Assembly (NCBI GenBank): GCA_027604505.1
Contig: JADIIX010000019.1
Coordinates: forward strand, 62,001 to 126,000
Direction of reading: 5' to 3'
From: Gonapodya sp. JEL0774
Taxonomy: Eukaryota
Length of the DNA stretch: 64,000 nucleotides
Position 1 is the stretch's first letter; the number at the start of each line of letters is the position of its first letter. A program made the position numbers and the translations under genes. The notes beneath the pieces are model-generated. The model was given only the letters and a program-made list of their open reading frames with translations, was not told the origin of the DNA and made no database searches. Below, piece by piece: positions 39,664 to 53,135 of this stretch.

Positions 39664-42422
39664 ATGAACAAGCCACTATCCCCAAGCTATTTGGACCCCG
39701 ACGATCCCCGCTCCCTCACACAGAGCCCGGTTTACCCGTTCGACAAGTGCAATCCGTGGAACACACATTCGAAGTCTTCCTCCGTTGCTGAAGGACAAGG
39801 ACATGTTACTGTTCCATCGTCCCATCTCCGTACAATCGGCGACCTCCGTCTTGATCTAGATTCCTTTGACTCCCCACCTGCTTCTCCGTCCACCGTCTTT
39901 GTATCATCACCAACCAATGTACAAACACAATTTCAAGACACGTTAATGTCGTCATGGAGTGCCGCACCGGGAACTGGGTTAAAGGGTACAGATCGGCCAG
40001 CAATAGAAACAGCAACGTCCGATGTGAATTGGCTCACGATTTCCGCCCAAACGACAGGTAGACTAGATCACTTCATTACGGACTCGGAAACTGAGAACAT
40101 GCAGAGTGTGATGAGTTTGCCTGACTTACGCACCATGGTCAGGCTACAAGACTTTCCAGCAACGGGTTCGCCTGATGTGACAGGAACTCTGAGCATGTCA
40201 CAAAATACTTCTCAGCCATACAACCACGCAAATGTCCGCACCACGTCAAGCGTTTGCGTTGATCTTCGCACTCGTCCCTATCCCCCAACCTCGCACTCCC
40301 TGTCCTCTAGTATCCCCACCAGCGACTACAATTCACGTCAGGATGAAGACGGAAGCCACGATTCAGAACATTTGAGTTTCGGAATAGATCTCAATAGTAC
40401 CTTGGTCCAATCTCCAGCTTCTGGTGCGCTCACTACCGCACACATCGCCGACCAAGGAACCAGTCATTCAGTCGGCACAGATGTTGGCGAGCACCGACTG
40501 ATCGTGGGTTGGCCTTGGCCGTTCAGGCACCAGTCATCAACTTCTTTGATCTGACCGTTTCCACACACAAACTTTCTTCTTCTGTGCCCCAGCCCCTTTC
40601 CATGTCAACCGGCCGTCCGAGTGCCCAGTTCACCCTTGTTCCCTTGTCTGCGAACATGATTGAATCACTCAATAATTCCTTTGCCGTCTGTAAGCTTACT
40701 TACTGCCCCGTCTCACACCTCACCTCACATTGTCTTTGCCAGCGGATGTCCACAACATCATGGCTCTACCTCCTTGTGATACCTCATCCACAATCTCCCG
40801 AACATCATCTACGGAAATCCTGGATCCAACTGCCCGACTCACCATCCGCCCTGCCAGCAACACTTTGGCACCGCGAACCCGACAGAGTCGCATGCATCGC
40901 CGGGCTGATAGCTCCGCCCGTGCAGTTGCGGTGCTAGATAACCTCGCAGCACGTCGACATTCGCGATCTCTGTCCAATATTCCCAGACCGTATTTGGGTG
41001 GCGGGGGGACATCATCGAAGACGGAGCCGGACGAACAGCTGCCACCGTGCCACTATCCCACGAAGGCGCTCATCTCGTCATTTAGCAATCCGGATTTATC
41101 GCAGTCAACAGCACTTTCTGCCGGAACTGGGCCGGGATTGGGACTGAAGATGAGAGTGGGAGCGGGATCAGGATCAGAGTCGAACATCGCAGGTACCGAG
41201 GACGACGAAGGGTCCACGAGGACACTGCCATGCTCACATTGCAAGAAAGTGTTTATGAAGTGGGTGCGGGAACGGAGAGCTATAATATGAGTATTTGCGT
41301 TTGATGTGATCTGACAAGCGTATATCTCTGTCCATGGCACACTTCATCAATCCTGGCTATGCGAATGTCTCCAGGGAATCCACTCTACGCGCTCATGAGG
41401 CACTTCATACAGGTGAAAAACCACACGCATGTCCTTATTGCGAAGCAAAAGTAAGTCCAAACTCTAGATTAACAGTTCAGTAGTGTGGCAGTACCGTGCT
41501 TGTAGCTCTGGAGCAGGGGTTGTCTGTCCCTATCGAGTTACCACACTGATATTGCTGGGGAGAAATCTCACATCTTCTGCGGTTACATACAGTTTGCCAG
41601 GAAGTTTGATATGACACGACATGCCAGAATTCACTCGGGGGAGATGCCTTGTGAGTGCGGCCATCTGGATGTATGCAACCCGCCAACTCAACTATGTGCG
41701 CGTGTGCCAATCTCACACTGCAGATGAATGCACATTCTGCCACAAGGTCAGTCCTCCATTGATCTTACTTTGCTCCAACGAGCTCTATTCAGCAGTTTAT
41801 TTCCATACCTTATGCAAAGAGATTCACCCGCTCCGATGGCTTAAACCGACACGTTGTTAAACAGTGTGCTGAAAACCCCGATCACTTCCGTGTCAGCCAT
41901 TACCGAAATCACTCAGAAGGGTCTCGACCCTGGAACGCCACTGATCACTATAGAGCATCTCCTGCTGGCACACCATCAGGAGGGAGGATCCAATTCAACT
42001 CGGATGAGAGTCATATTAACGCAACTGAGTCGACACAGATACTGCAGCAAGAAATGATGGCCATGAATATCCCTCAGCCAGTGGGAACTTTACAGAACTC
42101 CGTGACAGGGTTGGACGCCCAAATGGGGAAACATTCGCCGGTTTACCTGATTTTGCAATCAAACCAGCAGCCTTTTGCACTTCCTCCACAGCGAGGTCAG
42201 AGTGACTGGTTACAACCGGCGCAGCACCAGCAGGTCGCATATAGCATAAATGGAGGTGTTGGGGCACACAACAACACACCACAACAACAGCTGCAACAGA
42301 CACGTTATGTGTATCTCTCAACATTCAGCAGTCCACCGCAACAACCATCGTCCACACCATCAACTACGATTATAGATATGGGTGTTAGGGGATTTGCAAT
42401 GGGTGATGTTTCTATGGGTTAA
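39664..42422 (+). CDS. C2H2 zinc-finger transcription factor (three fingers, the third C2HC), multi-exon
   Basis: Spliced fingers read CSHCKKVFMK|ESTLRAHEALHTGEKPHACPYCEAK|FARKFDMTRHARIHSGEMP|YECTFCHK|RFTRSDGLNRHVVKQC. Long S/P-rich N-terminus and Q-rich C-terminus. Start codon uncertain. Confidence 0.88.
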
Positions 42423-42641
42423 TAGAGTTCATCCAACTGATTATTATGTAAAGTGAGCCAACCAGTTCATAAGAAGAAAACACACAGAAAAGGCAATGAA
42501 ATGTGTGGCAGAAGTGAAGCATAACAGCCGCAAAACTTTTGAACTGCATCAGTTCATCGATTAACTCCAAAATTCACTGAAATAGAAAATTCAGTGAACG
42601 AAATCATCTGTTGAATGATACTGATATCTGGGCACGGGATC

Positions 42642-44183
42642 TTACCTCATTGAGGATTTCCATGTGTCGCGAGTCTCCCCTTTCTGACGCTCTTCTTCAA
42701 GCTCTTCCTCCAGAGCCTTAGCCCGCAAGCGCTCACTCTCAAGTTCAGACCGGACCACTAACAGTTCTTGTTCCCTCTCCTCCAATGACTTCTGTGTCTT
42801 TGCGAGTTCGCTCCGCAACTTCAGACGGGAATGGAAGAGTTCGTTGTTCTTCAAAGCCATATCCTCACGGTGCTTTTTAAGGATCTCGTTTTCTTCCTCC
42901 AGAACTTTTCGAACAAGGGCATCTTCCTCTCTTTGTCGCCGCAGAATGTCCAGCTCCCTTCGCAAGTTCGCTACCTCATGCTTTACGTCATCAGTCCGGC
43001 TGTTAACCTCTCTCGTCACGTCTGACTCCAACTTTCGGATTCGCTCTTTTGCCTTCACTAGTTCCATTTCCACCTCTCGGAAGTAATGCAAACGGTCCAT
43101 GAGGATCCTATTCTCGTCCCGAAGTCGCAAAACCTCTGCGTAGTGCTGATCCCGTTCTAGCCTCGACACTTGCAGTTCGTTAGTTGTGATGATTTTTGAA
43201 CCCTCCTCCAACGTGCTTCTGATCTGTTTGGTCAAAAAGTCAAGGCGAGAAAACGCGTTGCCTCCCAGAGCCTCAGCTTCCACCTCTGCTTTGTGCGTCA
43301 CTGATGCAACTTTGAAACTACCACCTTCAGAGTACGTTCTAGAGCGCGCATCACGTCGCCAAGGCCAGGCAACTCCTCGAGGAGTACTGCGGGCAAGTAC
43401 GTCGCGATAGCTTCGAGAGAGCGGGCTTTTGATATGTATAGCTTCGATCTCTTCATCGCTGCTGACGTTAACAGAGTCGTTATCGGAGTCTCTGCTGTTA
43501 GGTGCTGCTGGATAAAGTTGAGTGTTGTGAAACAGTCCAACGGCATGTTCACAAATCAGTACCACGAATCACATACCGGAAAGAGCCTCCAAGTCAACGT
43601 CATCGAGTGTCTTCCTTATCCGATTACTAAGCTCGTCCAGTTTGCTCAGATGTTCGGCTACTCCTTCGCTATATTCCTTATACTCGTTTGAAGATTCTGC
43701 AGTGAAGCCACTATCGACTCTCCGTTCACGTTCGGCCCTCAAGACGCTTCTAGTTTCTTGGGTGCGAGGTTCTGAGCCCACTTTTGAGTTGGCGAACAAA
43801 CCCGTTGGTGATTTGGGAGAGTCGGGAGCAAAGAACGAAGAACCTCGCTCTCCACCAAAAGATTTCGTCCGTGTTTTGGGTCCTTCTGTCGAGGACCGGT
43901 GCACTCGAGGCCGCTCGAGAAGGCCACTACGGCGTTCAGGAATCTCATGTGATTGTAAAGGTGGGGAACGGGGTTGAGTGCTGACATCTGGTCTCCAGCG
44001 GGACCGCTCAGGGTCAGCAGATGCGTGTAAAGGCGGTGGCGATGGTTTTCGACTATGGATGAGGTTTGCAGGAAGTAACCTGGATTTCGCCCGTGGGGGT
44101 GGGGACGGGGTGCGTCCCGATTCCCGGATAGTTTCAGATGGAGTGGCAGGCCGCTGAGGGCGCACACGCATCTCGACCTGCAT
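42642..44183 (-). CDS. Hypothetical protein: P/S-rich N-terminus plus long coiled coil; last exon probably lies below 42642
   Basis: Adjacent ORFs 43569..44183 and 42642..43565 are joined by a likely intron (gtatgt donor near 43575). E/K/R/L heptad-rich C-half. A GTAAG donor lies at the 42642 end. Confidence 0.7.
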
Positions 44184-44461
44184 CGTATGGATTCAGGTGA
44201 GAAGGAGAGGAGAGTCAAATATCGGAGGTGTAAATGCAACACTAGTGTTTTGCGAGCTCGTGGAATCTGTCGTCGTTTTGGGAGCCGCCTCAGGCCGAAC
44301 ACTGCGAGTTTCGGCAAACAGTTGAATAAAACCTCAAAACGAAAAACTTTAGAACGCAGTACTGTGAGAACCACACCCCGCTTCATCAATAGAGCTGGCT
44401 GCATCGTTGTGGATGCTCCTTGCCTCCTTGGTGCTTTAACTTCTTTGTTTCTATTTTAGAT

Positions 44462-44524
44462 GAAAGTCCCCTTCAAATAAACGTCCCCTTCTAGAAGAGA
44501 AGTCCCTTTCTGGAAGTCCCCTTC
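44462..44524. promoter_or_regulatory. Cluster of four GTCCC(C/T)TTC motifs with two embedded TTCnnGAA elements (STRE/HSE-like)
   Basis: gtccccttc at 44466, 44483 and 44516; gtccctttc at 44502; TTCTAGAA at 44489 and TTCTGGAA at 44508. Lies in the divergent spacer between the coiled-coil gene and ARP3. Confidence 0.4.
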
Positions 44525-45335
44525 TTACATAATAGAAATAGCTACAAGTACACGGTGAGTTGTCTCCACTCACAGACTCCTCCCTTTGAAACGCGAGGAC
44601 GAAGCTTATTTTCTTTGTATTATTATTTACATGGTGACAAATTGGGTTACGTACATAGCTAGCGACCCCTGGGAATCACAATCGAGAGCGTGTCCCCCAA
44701 CGCACCCCAGGAATTGCGATGTGTCTGGAAGACAACACACCAAACGATTAAGATCACGAGCCACAAAATAGCACCGGCTAGGGAGAGATACGAGTCTGTA
44801 ACGTTCATTTCCATGTTGCCATTGTCCGAGACAGCACGTGTGTCGCAAGTCAATGGCATCGAAAGGGGGTACGAAGGGACGGTGGGCAGAAGTAGTTGGT
44901 TGAGAGGATGTGATGCTTTGCCTGGGAGGGAGATGCCCTCAACTCTCACATTTGTGGACCTCAGGGGAGAGATCGCTTCGAGCGCGCATAATTGGGTACA
45001 TATAGAGGAAGTTGATGAGCCAAAGGATTGGGAGGAAGAGAAAACCACCAAAGAAGTCTGATTACAATGGTGGCCCAATACAACCAGGTGATAAAGGATA
45101 GTTGGTTTAGATGGGGGAAGGATGTGCGTGAGCCTGGACGGGAGAATCTTGGACCCACATTTCTTACAAACGCTGAGAATTTCTTCTGGTGGTCCTCGTT
45201 CAAGCTTGCCCATCTTTGCTCCAAATTAACGAGATCAAGACGTTTTGAATTTGTTGGGATGTGATTGGTGGACGCAGGCACCTGCACTATGTATTTGGAT
45301 GGAATGGTCAACCAATCGAAGTTCGAACCACGAAG

Positions 45336-47497
45336 ATGTCAGGGGTGTATCCACCGCCCGTCGTGATCGACAATGGAACAGGGTACTCTATTCTTTTCTT
45401 GCTCACCACGTCCATATTGCTGACTATGCACAACTCTATCGTTGCGAAACCCTTGGACCTAAAATTTCCCTCCATTCCCACCAACTTTCACCGTCATGTC
45501 GCAACACTCGTGAATGATATCATGTGATATCAATTTGTGGGCGTCATGTGCCATCGGCGTTGCTCATTCGGGCCGTACGGACATTTGCAACCCGATACTT
45601 ACACATTCCTCGAATCGCGATTTTGCCGAAAATCGCTCAGCTACACGAAAATGGGCTTCGCCGGCAACAATGACCCTCAATACATTATACCGACCGCGAT
45701 TGCTGCAAAGGCTACCCAGAATGTCCCCACCAAACGTGGTATCGACGACCTCGATTTCTTCATAGGTGATGATGCATTCGCCAACGCAAAAACGTACGAC
45801 CTCCAGTACCCCGTGAAACATGGTCAGGTTGAGAACTGGGACCTTATGGAGAAGTTCCATCAGGCCTGCATCTTCGAATACATGAGATGCGAACCAGAGG
45901 ATCACTACTTCCTCATGGTGAGTTCTTACGCTGAAGCGATTATCTTTGGCGAGTGCTATTCAGGAAATCGAACAACTTATAAATATGCTTGGAGGTATGG
46001 AACTGCGATTTCAAGTGGTGGATTCCACCCGTGACCGGAATCCTCAGTACAAACGGAACCTCCGAAACAAAGTTCGCGAATCGGATTTCGTGACTCTGTT
46101 GTGCTTTCAGAAAGTTAATTAAGTGGTTCTGCTAATCGCTGGTGCTGATTCCTCTGATACCTCCTTTACGTACACAGACGGAACCGCCCTTGAACGCCCC
46201 TGAGAACCGGGAGTCTACAGCTGAGATTATGTTCGAGTCCTTTGGTATCAAAGGCTTGTACATCGCTGTTCAGGCTGTGCTCGCCCTGGCCGCCTCCTGG
46301 GCTGACAAGGGTGTCAAAGAGCAGACACTTACAGGAACTGTAATTGATGCCGGCGACGGTGTTACGCATGTCATTCCCGTGGTGAGTCGAACCATCACAT
46401 TTCATAATAGTCACTGTATGTGACGCCTGCGTTACTCAAACGTCTCAGGCTGAGGGGTTCGTCGTTGGCTCCGCTATAAAGCATATACCTATTGCTGGTC
46501 GCGACATTACTCAGTTCATTCAACAGCTTCTACGTGACCGTGAGCCAGGAATCCCGCCTGAGCAAGCCTTGGAGACCGCCAAGGCCATAAAGGAAACTCA
46601 CTCGTATGTGTGTCCCGATATTGTAAAGGAGTTTAAGCGGTACGAGACGGAGGCGGATAGGTTCATCAAACAGTACGAAGGGAAGCACAGTGTAACGGGA
46701 AAGGTACGATGGCTTTCGGATACTCCTCCTTTTCTTTAAATGGGATTGACGCACCGTTTCATTTATGGTCATTCACTTTTACATCGTCTACGCATAGCCC
46801 TTTACTGTTGACGTGGGCTACGAACGCTTCTTGGGTCCAGAAATCTTCTTCAATCCCGAAATCTACTCTTCAGACTTTCTAACCCCGCTGCCGGAAGTTG
46901 TGGACACAGTTATCCAGAATTGTCCGATAGATACAAGGAGAGGGCTCTACAAGGTGGGATGTTAGAATTATTTAATTGCCTGCTTATTCAACGACTTAAC
47001 TTCTGAACCCAACCCTCCGAACACTACCAATCGTTTCGCCCGTTGATTCAGAACATCGTACTCTCCGGTGGCTCGACTATGTTTAAGGACTTTGGTCGCC
47101 GCCTCCAGCGTGACATCAAGAAGTCTGTCGACTTGAGGACCAAGGCCGCCGAGGAAATTGCCGCCCGGAAGCTAGGCGGTGCTCAAATTCGGGCTGTGGA
47201 GGTGGACGTGAACGTGGTGAGTCACAAGAAGCAAAGGAACGCAGTGTGGTTTGGGGGTAGCTTGTTGGCGAGCACGGTGAGTTGGAGCGCTTTGTTTTTT
47301 GAGGACTGTGTTTCACACCAGATATACTTAGGGCGACTTCCCCTCCTACTGCCACTCGAAGAGGGACTACGAGGAATATGGTCCGTGTGGGTATCATTCT
47401 TGTTGCCTGTTTTATTCTCAACGGGGCAATTTGGGCTGACACAACCACATATCCAGCCATTGCCCGATACAACCGCGTTTTCGGCTCAATCTTGTAG
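45336..47497 (+). CDS. ARP3: Actin-related protein 3 (Arp2/3 complex)
   Basis: [91 protein letters not shown] and [23 protein letters not shown]. Confidence 0.97.
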
Positions 47498-47618
47498 ACT
47501 GCCGAAAGATAATAAATACATATACCAGTTGTGAAACAATTACTTTTTTGGTGATCGTGGCACCATTCAGATCCAACTTTTGGAACTTTGTCACCTTTCG
47601 CGTCACACCATTCCGGCA

Positions 47619-50600
47619 ATGTCCGCTGCTGTTCGTAAGGGTAAACAAGGTCTGATTATCAAACCCGTTAAGAAGGCTGTACGTTGTTAGCCTGGACTCT
47701 CTCCTTGTGTCGTCCTCGTACATTCCTCACCATCATCCGGTTTCCAAAACTATCCACTTCCACACCATCCCATCACTCTGTATATCTTCGATGGAACCTT
47801 TCGTCTATGTCTCTTCGAAATCCAATCACTCATGACCACAATTTCGTGTTACAGAGCACCAATGATGCTGCATTCCGAGAGACGTGGCAAAAATTATCAC
47901 AAGCGATCACGGAAATCTACAAAAAGAACAATAGCTATCTCAGTTTTGAGGAACTTTACAGGTGAGGTAGAACCCTGCCCGAATCAAAGAATTCCACGTT
48001 GAGGAAGCCTCGTCTTCTCTGAACTCCCTTATCTTTCGTTGTCGACAGGAGTGCTTATAATCTTGTTCTGCAAAAGAATGGCGGTGCGCTTTACAACGGA
48101 GTCCGGGACGACATCACAGGCCACCTTCAGAAGCTAACGACAGATAGGCTGCACCCTGTATTCCCACATGATGGGTCTCTAGCTGCTGAGCGAGCCGAGT
48201 TCTTGAGGACGCTCGTTAGAGAGGTGTGGGACCATCATGTCGTGTGCATGGGGATGATACGGGACATATTGATGTACATGGTGAGCACATAATATGTCAG
48301 TCCTGGCGTGTCAGTAACATTTCAACATTCTCTCTCCATACTCACAGGACCGAGTGTACGTCAAAGTAGCCACCCCGCCCGTCCCTCTCGTATATGATCT
48401 CGGCATGGACTTGTTTCGGGACCATGTCCTCCATGCCATGAACCCTACAATCTCATCTCGCACCGTCGAATCTATGCTGGAGCTCATTCGATTGGAACGC
48501 TCTGGCGAATCTGTGGACAGGATCGCGTTGAAGGAGGTAGCCGACATGATGCACAAGTTGGAAAGCGGGGGATATGGTGATGTGCCGAATGGAAGCGTGT
48601 ACGAGGCGGATTTTGAGAGGGCATTTTTGACCAGCAGTGGAGAGGCATACGCCATGGAGGCAGAGGCGTTTTTGGCGCAGATGGATGCCGTAGAATATTT
48701 GAAAAAGGTCAGTTGAAGCGGATTTTGCAGCAACGTGTGTCTCAAACACCCCTAGGTAACGTGCTTGGAAACCAGGTCCAACGACGACTGACCGAAGAAC
48801 AACAACGAACACTCCACTACCTCATCCCTATCACCGCACCAAAAATCCTAAAAGTGGTCCAACACTCCATGTTGGAACGCCACGTCTCCCGTATCCTCTC
48901 GATGCCCAACTCTGGCCTCATCGTCCAACTTAGGGATTTTAAACTAGATGACCTGGTCCGCATGTACGGGCTCATGGGACTTGTGGGAAACGGACACTTG
49001 GAGATGCGGAAAACTCTGTCGCAGTACGTGAAGGACTCCATCCAGGAGGTGAACGAAGCGTATGGGGCAATGACACCGACAGGATCATCGGGATCAAGTG
49101 GGACAGGTGACTCGCCTGGGACGGGAGGAGCAGGAGCTGGGGGCTTGTTGAGTTCCGGTATAGGTGGAGTTTCTTCTGCCCGGTCGGTGCCTGGCCAGGG
49201 TGCCACAAAAGACAAGGAACGGGAGACGGAAGGTGGCGGTTTTGATGACGAAGAAGGGGACGCTGGCGCGCGAGAGGGAGGGGCCGCCAATGCTGGCACC
49301 GGCGGTGGATCACGGGCGGGGGATCCGCTGCGGTGGGTGGAGATGATATTGGGTCTCAAGACCAAGTTCGATATGGTACTTGTTCGAGCGTTCTCAAGGG
49401 ACAGGGCGTTTCAGACGGACATTAACAGCGCATTTGAGTGGGGTATAAATAAGAATCCCAAGGCACCAGAGTTTTTGAGTTTGTTTTTGGACGATAATTT
49501 GAGGAAGGGTATTAAAGGGGTGAGTCGCAGTGTCTCGTCGTGTCTGGGGAGGTGTGATGTATCCTATTGTTGGCTATCGCAAACCCCTACCCCTCTCCCT
49601 CTGCACAACCGCACACCCCAACCCAGAAAACCGAAGCGGAAGTCGAAACCATCCTCGACCAAACCATCACACTGTTTCGCTTCATCCAAGAAAAGGACGT
49701 TTTCGAGCGGTACTACAAGGGGCACTTGGCTAAACGATTACTCTTTGGTAAGAGTTTAAGTGAGGATGCGGAGAAAAGTACGGTCGGAAAGCTCAAGGTG
49801 GGTGCGAAAGCGTTAGTGGACCGAAGAGGGCTCAGTGGTTTTTGGCATCGTTGAGAATTGACTCAACGTGTACGAATCGTGGTCGCAACGCGCCTGCCGG
49901 TATTGCATTCTCCCTCTCATCAATCCTCAGGCCGAATGCGGCTACCAGTTCACCACTAAATTGGAGGGCATGTTCAACGACATGCGTATCTCCGCCGACC
50001 TCTCTACCGATTTCCGGACCTTCCTCGGCAACCTCAACAACCTTTCGGCATCCCCAGCCCTTCCCGACTTCTCCATCAACGTCCTTACGTCCACCTTTTG
50101 GCCCATGGGCAGCACTGCTCCACCAGCGATACAACTCCCTCAGGAAGTGACGAGTTTGCAGTCCCGGTTCCGGGAGTTTTACATGACCCGACACAGCGGG
50201 CGGCGGCTGACGTGGCTGACCAATATGGGCACGTTTGACTTACGGGCGCATTTCGACAAGGGACGGAAAGAGATCAATTTGTCCACGGCGGCCATGTCTG
50301 TCCTCATCGTCGTGTTCAACGCACCGGACGCGTGCGATGGGCAACCTGTGCCGTACGGGCGCATCCGGGACGAAACCGGTATTCCTGAAGCGGACCTGAA
50401 GCGCACACTACAGTCTCTTAGTCTCGGAAAGTATCGCGTTCTTGTCAAATCTTCCAAGACCCGTGAGGTGTCGGACTCGGACACGTTCCGACTCAACGTC
50501 GCCTTTTCCAGCCCGCTCAACAAGATCCGCATTCTCAACATCATTCCCACCGGTGGTGCAGGCGCGGGTGGTGGCGGCGGCAGCGCGACCAGTGCCGAAG

Positions 50601-51106
50601 CGGGCACGACGACGGCCTCTGGGACGGGGAACGTCGTGGAAACAGACGCCGAGCGCCGTGACACGCTCGAAAAAGTAGACCAAGCTCGTGTGCATCAAAT
50701 CGAAGCGTGTGTAGTGCGGGTGATGAAGGCGCGCAAGTCGATGGAACATAACGCGCTCGTGAACGAGGTGGTGGCCATGGTCAAGGGGAGGTTCTTGCCG
50801 AGTAGTGCCATGGTGAAGAAGAGGATCGAGAGTTTGATCGAGAGGGAGTACTTGGAGAGGGCGGTGGGTGATAGGTGGGTTTGTGTGTGGGGTTGAAGGG
50901 GTGTCACGACACCTTTGCAGGCGTGCACGTGGCTCCACAGTCAAAAATTCTCTTGTGTCGCCTTTCCACTTTTCCTTCCCATCATCCCTCTGTACCACGG
51001 GCTCCATATGGAAACCGCTTTCCCACCCGCCCTCATTTTGCTCTCGCGGCTGTTCCCACGCCCACTCCCCACCCCCAACAGGAAAGTCTACAACTACCTG
51101 GCATGA
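47619..51106 (+). CDS. CUL3: Cullin-3
   Basis: [93 protein letters not shown], neddylation motif [13 protein letters not shown] and [15 protein letters not shown]..|KVYNYLA*. Confidence 0.95.
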
Positions 51107-51274
51107 ACCGAACCCGAGGAAAAGATTTCCACACCACGGCACAGTCACACTCATTCACTCATACGCCACAAAAAATTGAACAAACCGACACAAACCCGTC
51201 CATCCGTCAACAAACCCCGCCGATAAGCGAGCACGATCGCAGCCGGAGAGACGCCCACTCGTATCGTATAGTCC

Positions 51275-51414
51275 CGTCCCCGGCCCCCCCGCGCGGCCCC
51301 CCCCCCGCCCCCCCGCGGGCGGGGGGGCCGCGCGGGGCGGGGGCGCGCCGGGCGGCGGGGCGGGGAGGGGGGGGCGCTGCGCGGAGGGCCGCGGCCGGGC
51401 GCCGNNNNNNNNNN
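51275..51414. other. Near-pure GC tract adjoining a scaffold gap (N at 51405-51414)
   Basis: Almost exclusively G/C sequence with inverted-repeat character, ending in 10 N. Confidence 0.85.
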
Positions 51415-52591
51415 TGCACCATCGCCTCCGTTTAGAGGCCCAATGTTTTAGTATTCTCCCCTCCCCGGCCCCCCCCCCCCCCCCCTCTCCCCTTTGTCTC
51501 GTGTGGCACGAAAAGGGGGGCAGCTACCTTGGCGCATGCATTGGAGTCGGTCCCGAGACTCTCTGGCCTCGGGCGGCAGGTCTTGATGGTTGTGTGCCGG
51601 TGGGATACGTACAAAGTGGTGATGAGTGTGTTGATTGCCGAATTCGCAGGATTGTTTTGTTTGTTTGTTCTTTCTTCGTTGATTTTTTCTTCCGCCTCCC
51701 TCCCCAAGTTTCGTTTTGGTTTGGGTTGGGAGTGGCGGCTGTGGCTGCTTGTAGTGGTGGTGAACCAGCAGCTCTGCGTGCACATCATAATATCATAATA
51801 TCCGGACCGTGTACCCACGATAGATGAAATACAACCCAATCCAGCCGGGGGTGTGTAAGTACCCCGACGGCCTACATGGAACCAGACCACGACCGTTCCA
51901 AACCAGAATTCTGGTCTTCGTCAATGGTCATATCGCGGCACCGCAGACAGGCAAACCTTTGCACGAAAACACCACCAACGACCCGATGTGATTCAAAATG
52001 CGCTCTGCGCGCGGCTGGGTGACAAAACGTGACATTACTATGTATGTACCCGCAGTCGAAGTACAGGGTAACAGTACAGGCCGTTCCTCGCTCCTCGACC
52101 CCTCGACGAGTGGTGGGTGTTGCACACAATCTCCCTCCACCGCCTCTGACTCACGAGTGCACCACACAAGGGGTTTCGGTGTGGAATGTGGAGTGTGGGC
52201 TGCGGACTGCGGAATGAATAATCGCGGTCGATGTCGTTCGTGTTTTTTCCCGATACCGTTCCATCTGTTCCCGAGACACATCGCGGGGTGTCATGCATGG
52301 TTCACAGACGAAGACTCCGGGGTGGCGGGATGGCGGGACACAAAAGCGCGGGTGGGGACTGGAGACTGGGGGTGAGGTGTGGGGTGAAGTGGTGCGGTGC
52401 GGTGCGGGTCTGTCCGGCATCGGAACCCGTGTCTCTCCAGCTCCATCAACATCCTTTCGTATCCCTTATCTGCATCTGTCCCTGCCTCTGCGGGCTCGCG
52501 TGGGAGTGTGTGTGTTCCGACTTCAGCATGTGATCGAAAAGATCAAAAAATGGCTGGCTCGACGCTCAAGGCGTCCTGCTGCTCCCGATCC

Positions 52592-53135
52592 TAACTCCTA
52601 TCCTCATTCTGGTCTCTCGCCGTGCCCTCATCCTCCCCCCTCTCCCGCCCCGCCTCCCCCGTAGCAGGAGCAGCAGCGGCACCCCGCCTCATCCTCTCTT
52701 CCGCCGCGGCGCGCATCATGAGGCGGATGGAAGACGGGTCTGGGGACAAGTCTGGAGACGGATGGGGTGGATGGAGGGTGGATGTGGTGTGGGGGAGGGG
52801 AGGGGCGGACGGCCGGCCACGAGACCCTGTCGGGGGAGTCGGGGGAGTCTGTGCAGTTTGACCACCAGAACCACCACGTGCTCGCGACGGTCCGCGATCA
52901 CCTCCTCCACGACCTCGACCTGCTCGACCTGCTCGACCTGCTCCAGCTCGGCCCGGTGGACCAGGTGGACCGGCGTGACCTGCGTGACCGTGACCGGATG
53001 CAGGTCTTCCTGGCCCGGCACCGGGTCGAGAGTACGGGTGGTGTTGGTGCGTTGGTTGTAGGGCACCGGTGGAGTCGACGGTGGTGTCGGTGGCAGTTGG
53101 GTGGTTGATGGGGACGGCGTACGGGGGTGGGAGGG
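52592..53135 (-). CDS. Possible exon of a low-complexity G/R/P-rich hypothetical protein
   Basis: After a pyrimidine-rich ..ctccatag acceptor, one frame stays open for about 180 codons: LPPPYAVP..HQHHPYSRPG..GRAGAGRAGRAGRGRGGGDRG..MMRAAAEERMRRG..DRS*. In GC-rich DNA this could be chance. Confidence 0.3.

Noticed and set aside
44462..44870. GAAAGTCCCC resembles the RNase MRP P4 5' strand
   Set aside because: No matching ACNNNNGGGGCT-type 3' P4 strand downstream; the motif is part of a local repeat.
44961..45311. ORF with LVNLEQRWASL resembling cytochrome c oxidase subunit IV/V
   Set aside because: No in-frame ATG, only 25 nt from the ARP3 start, and the similarity does not continue.
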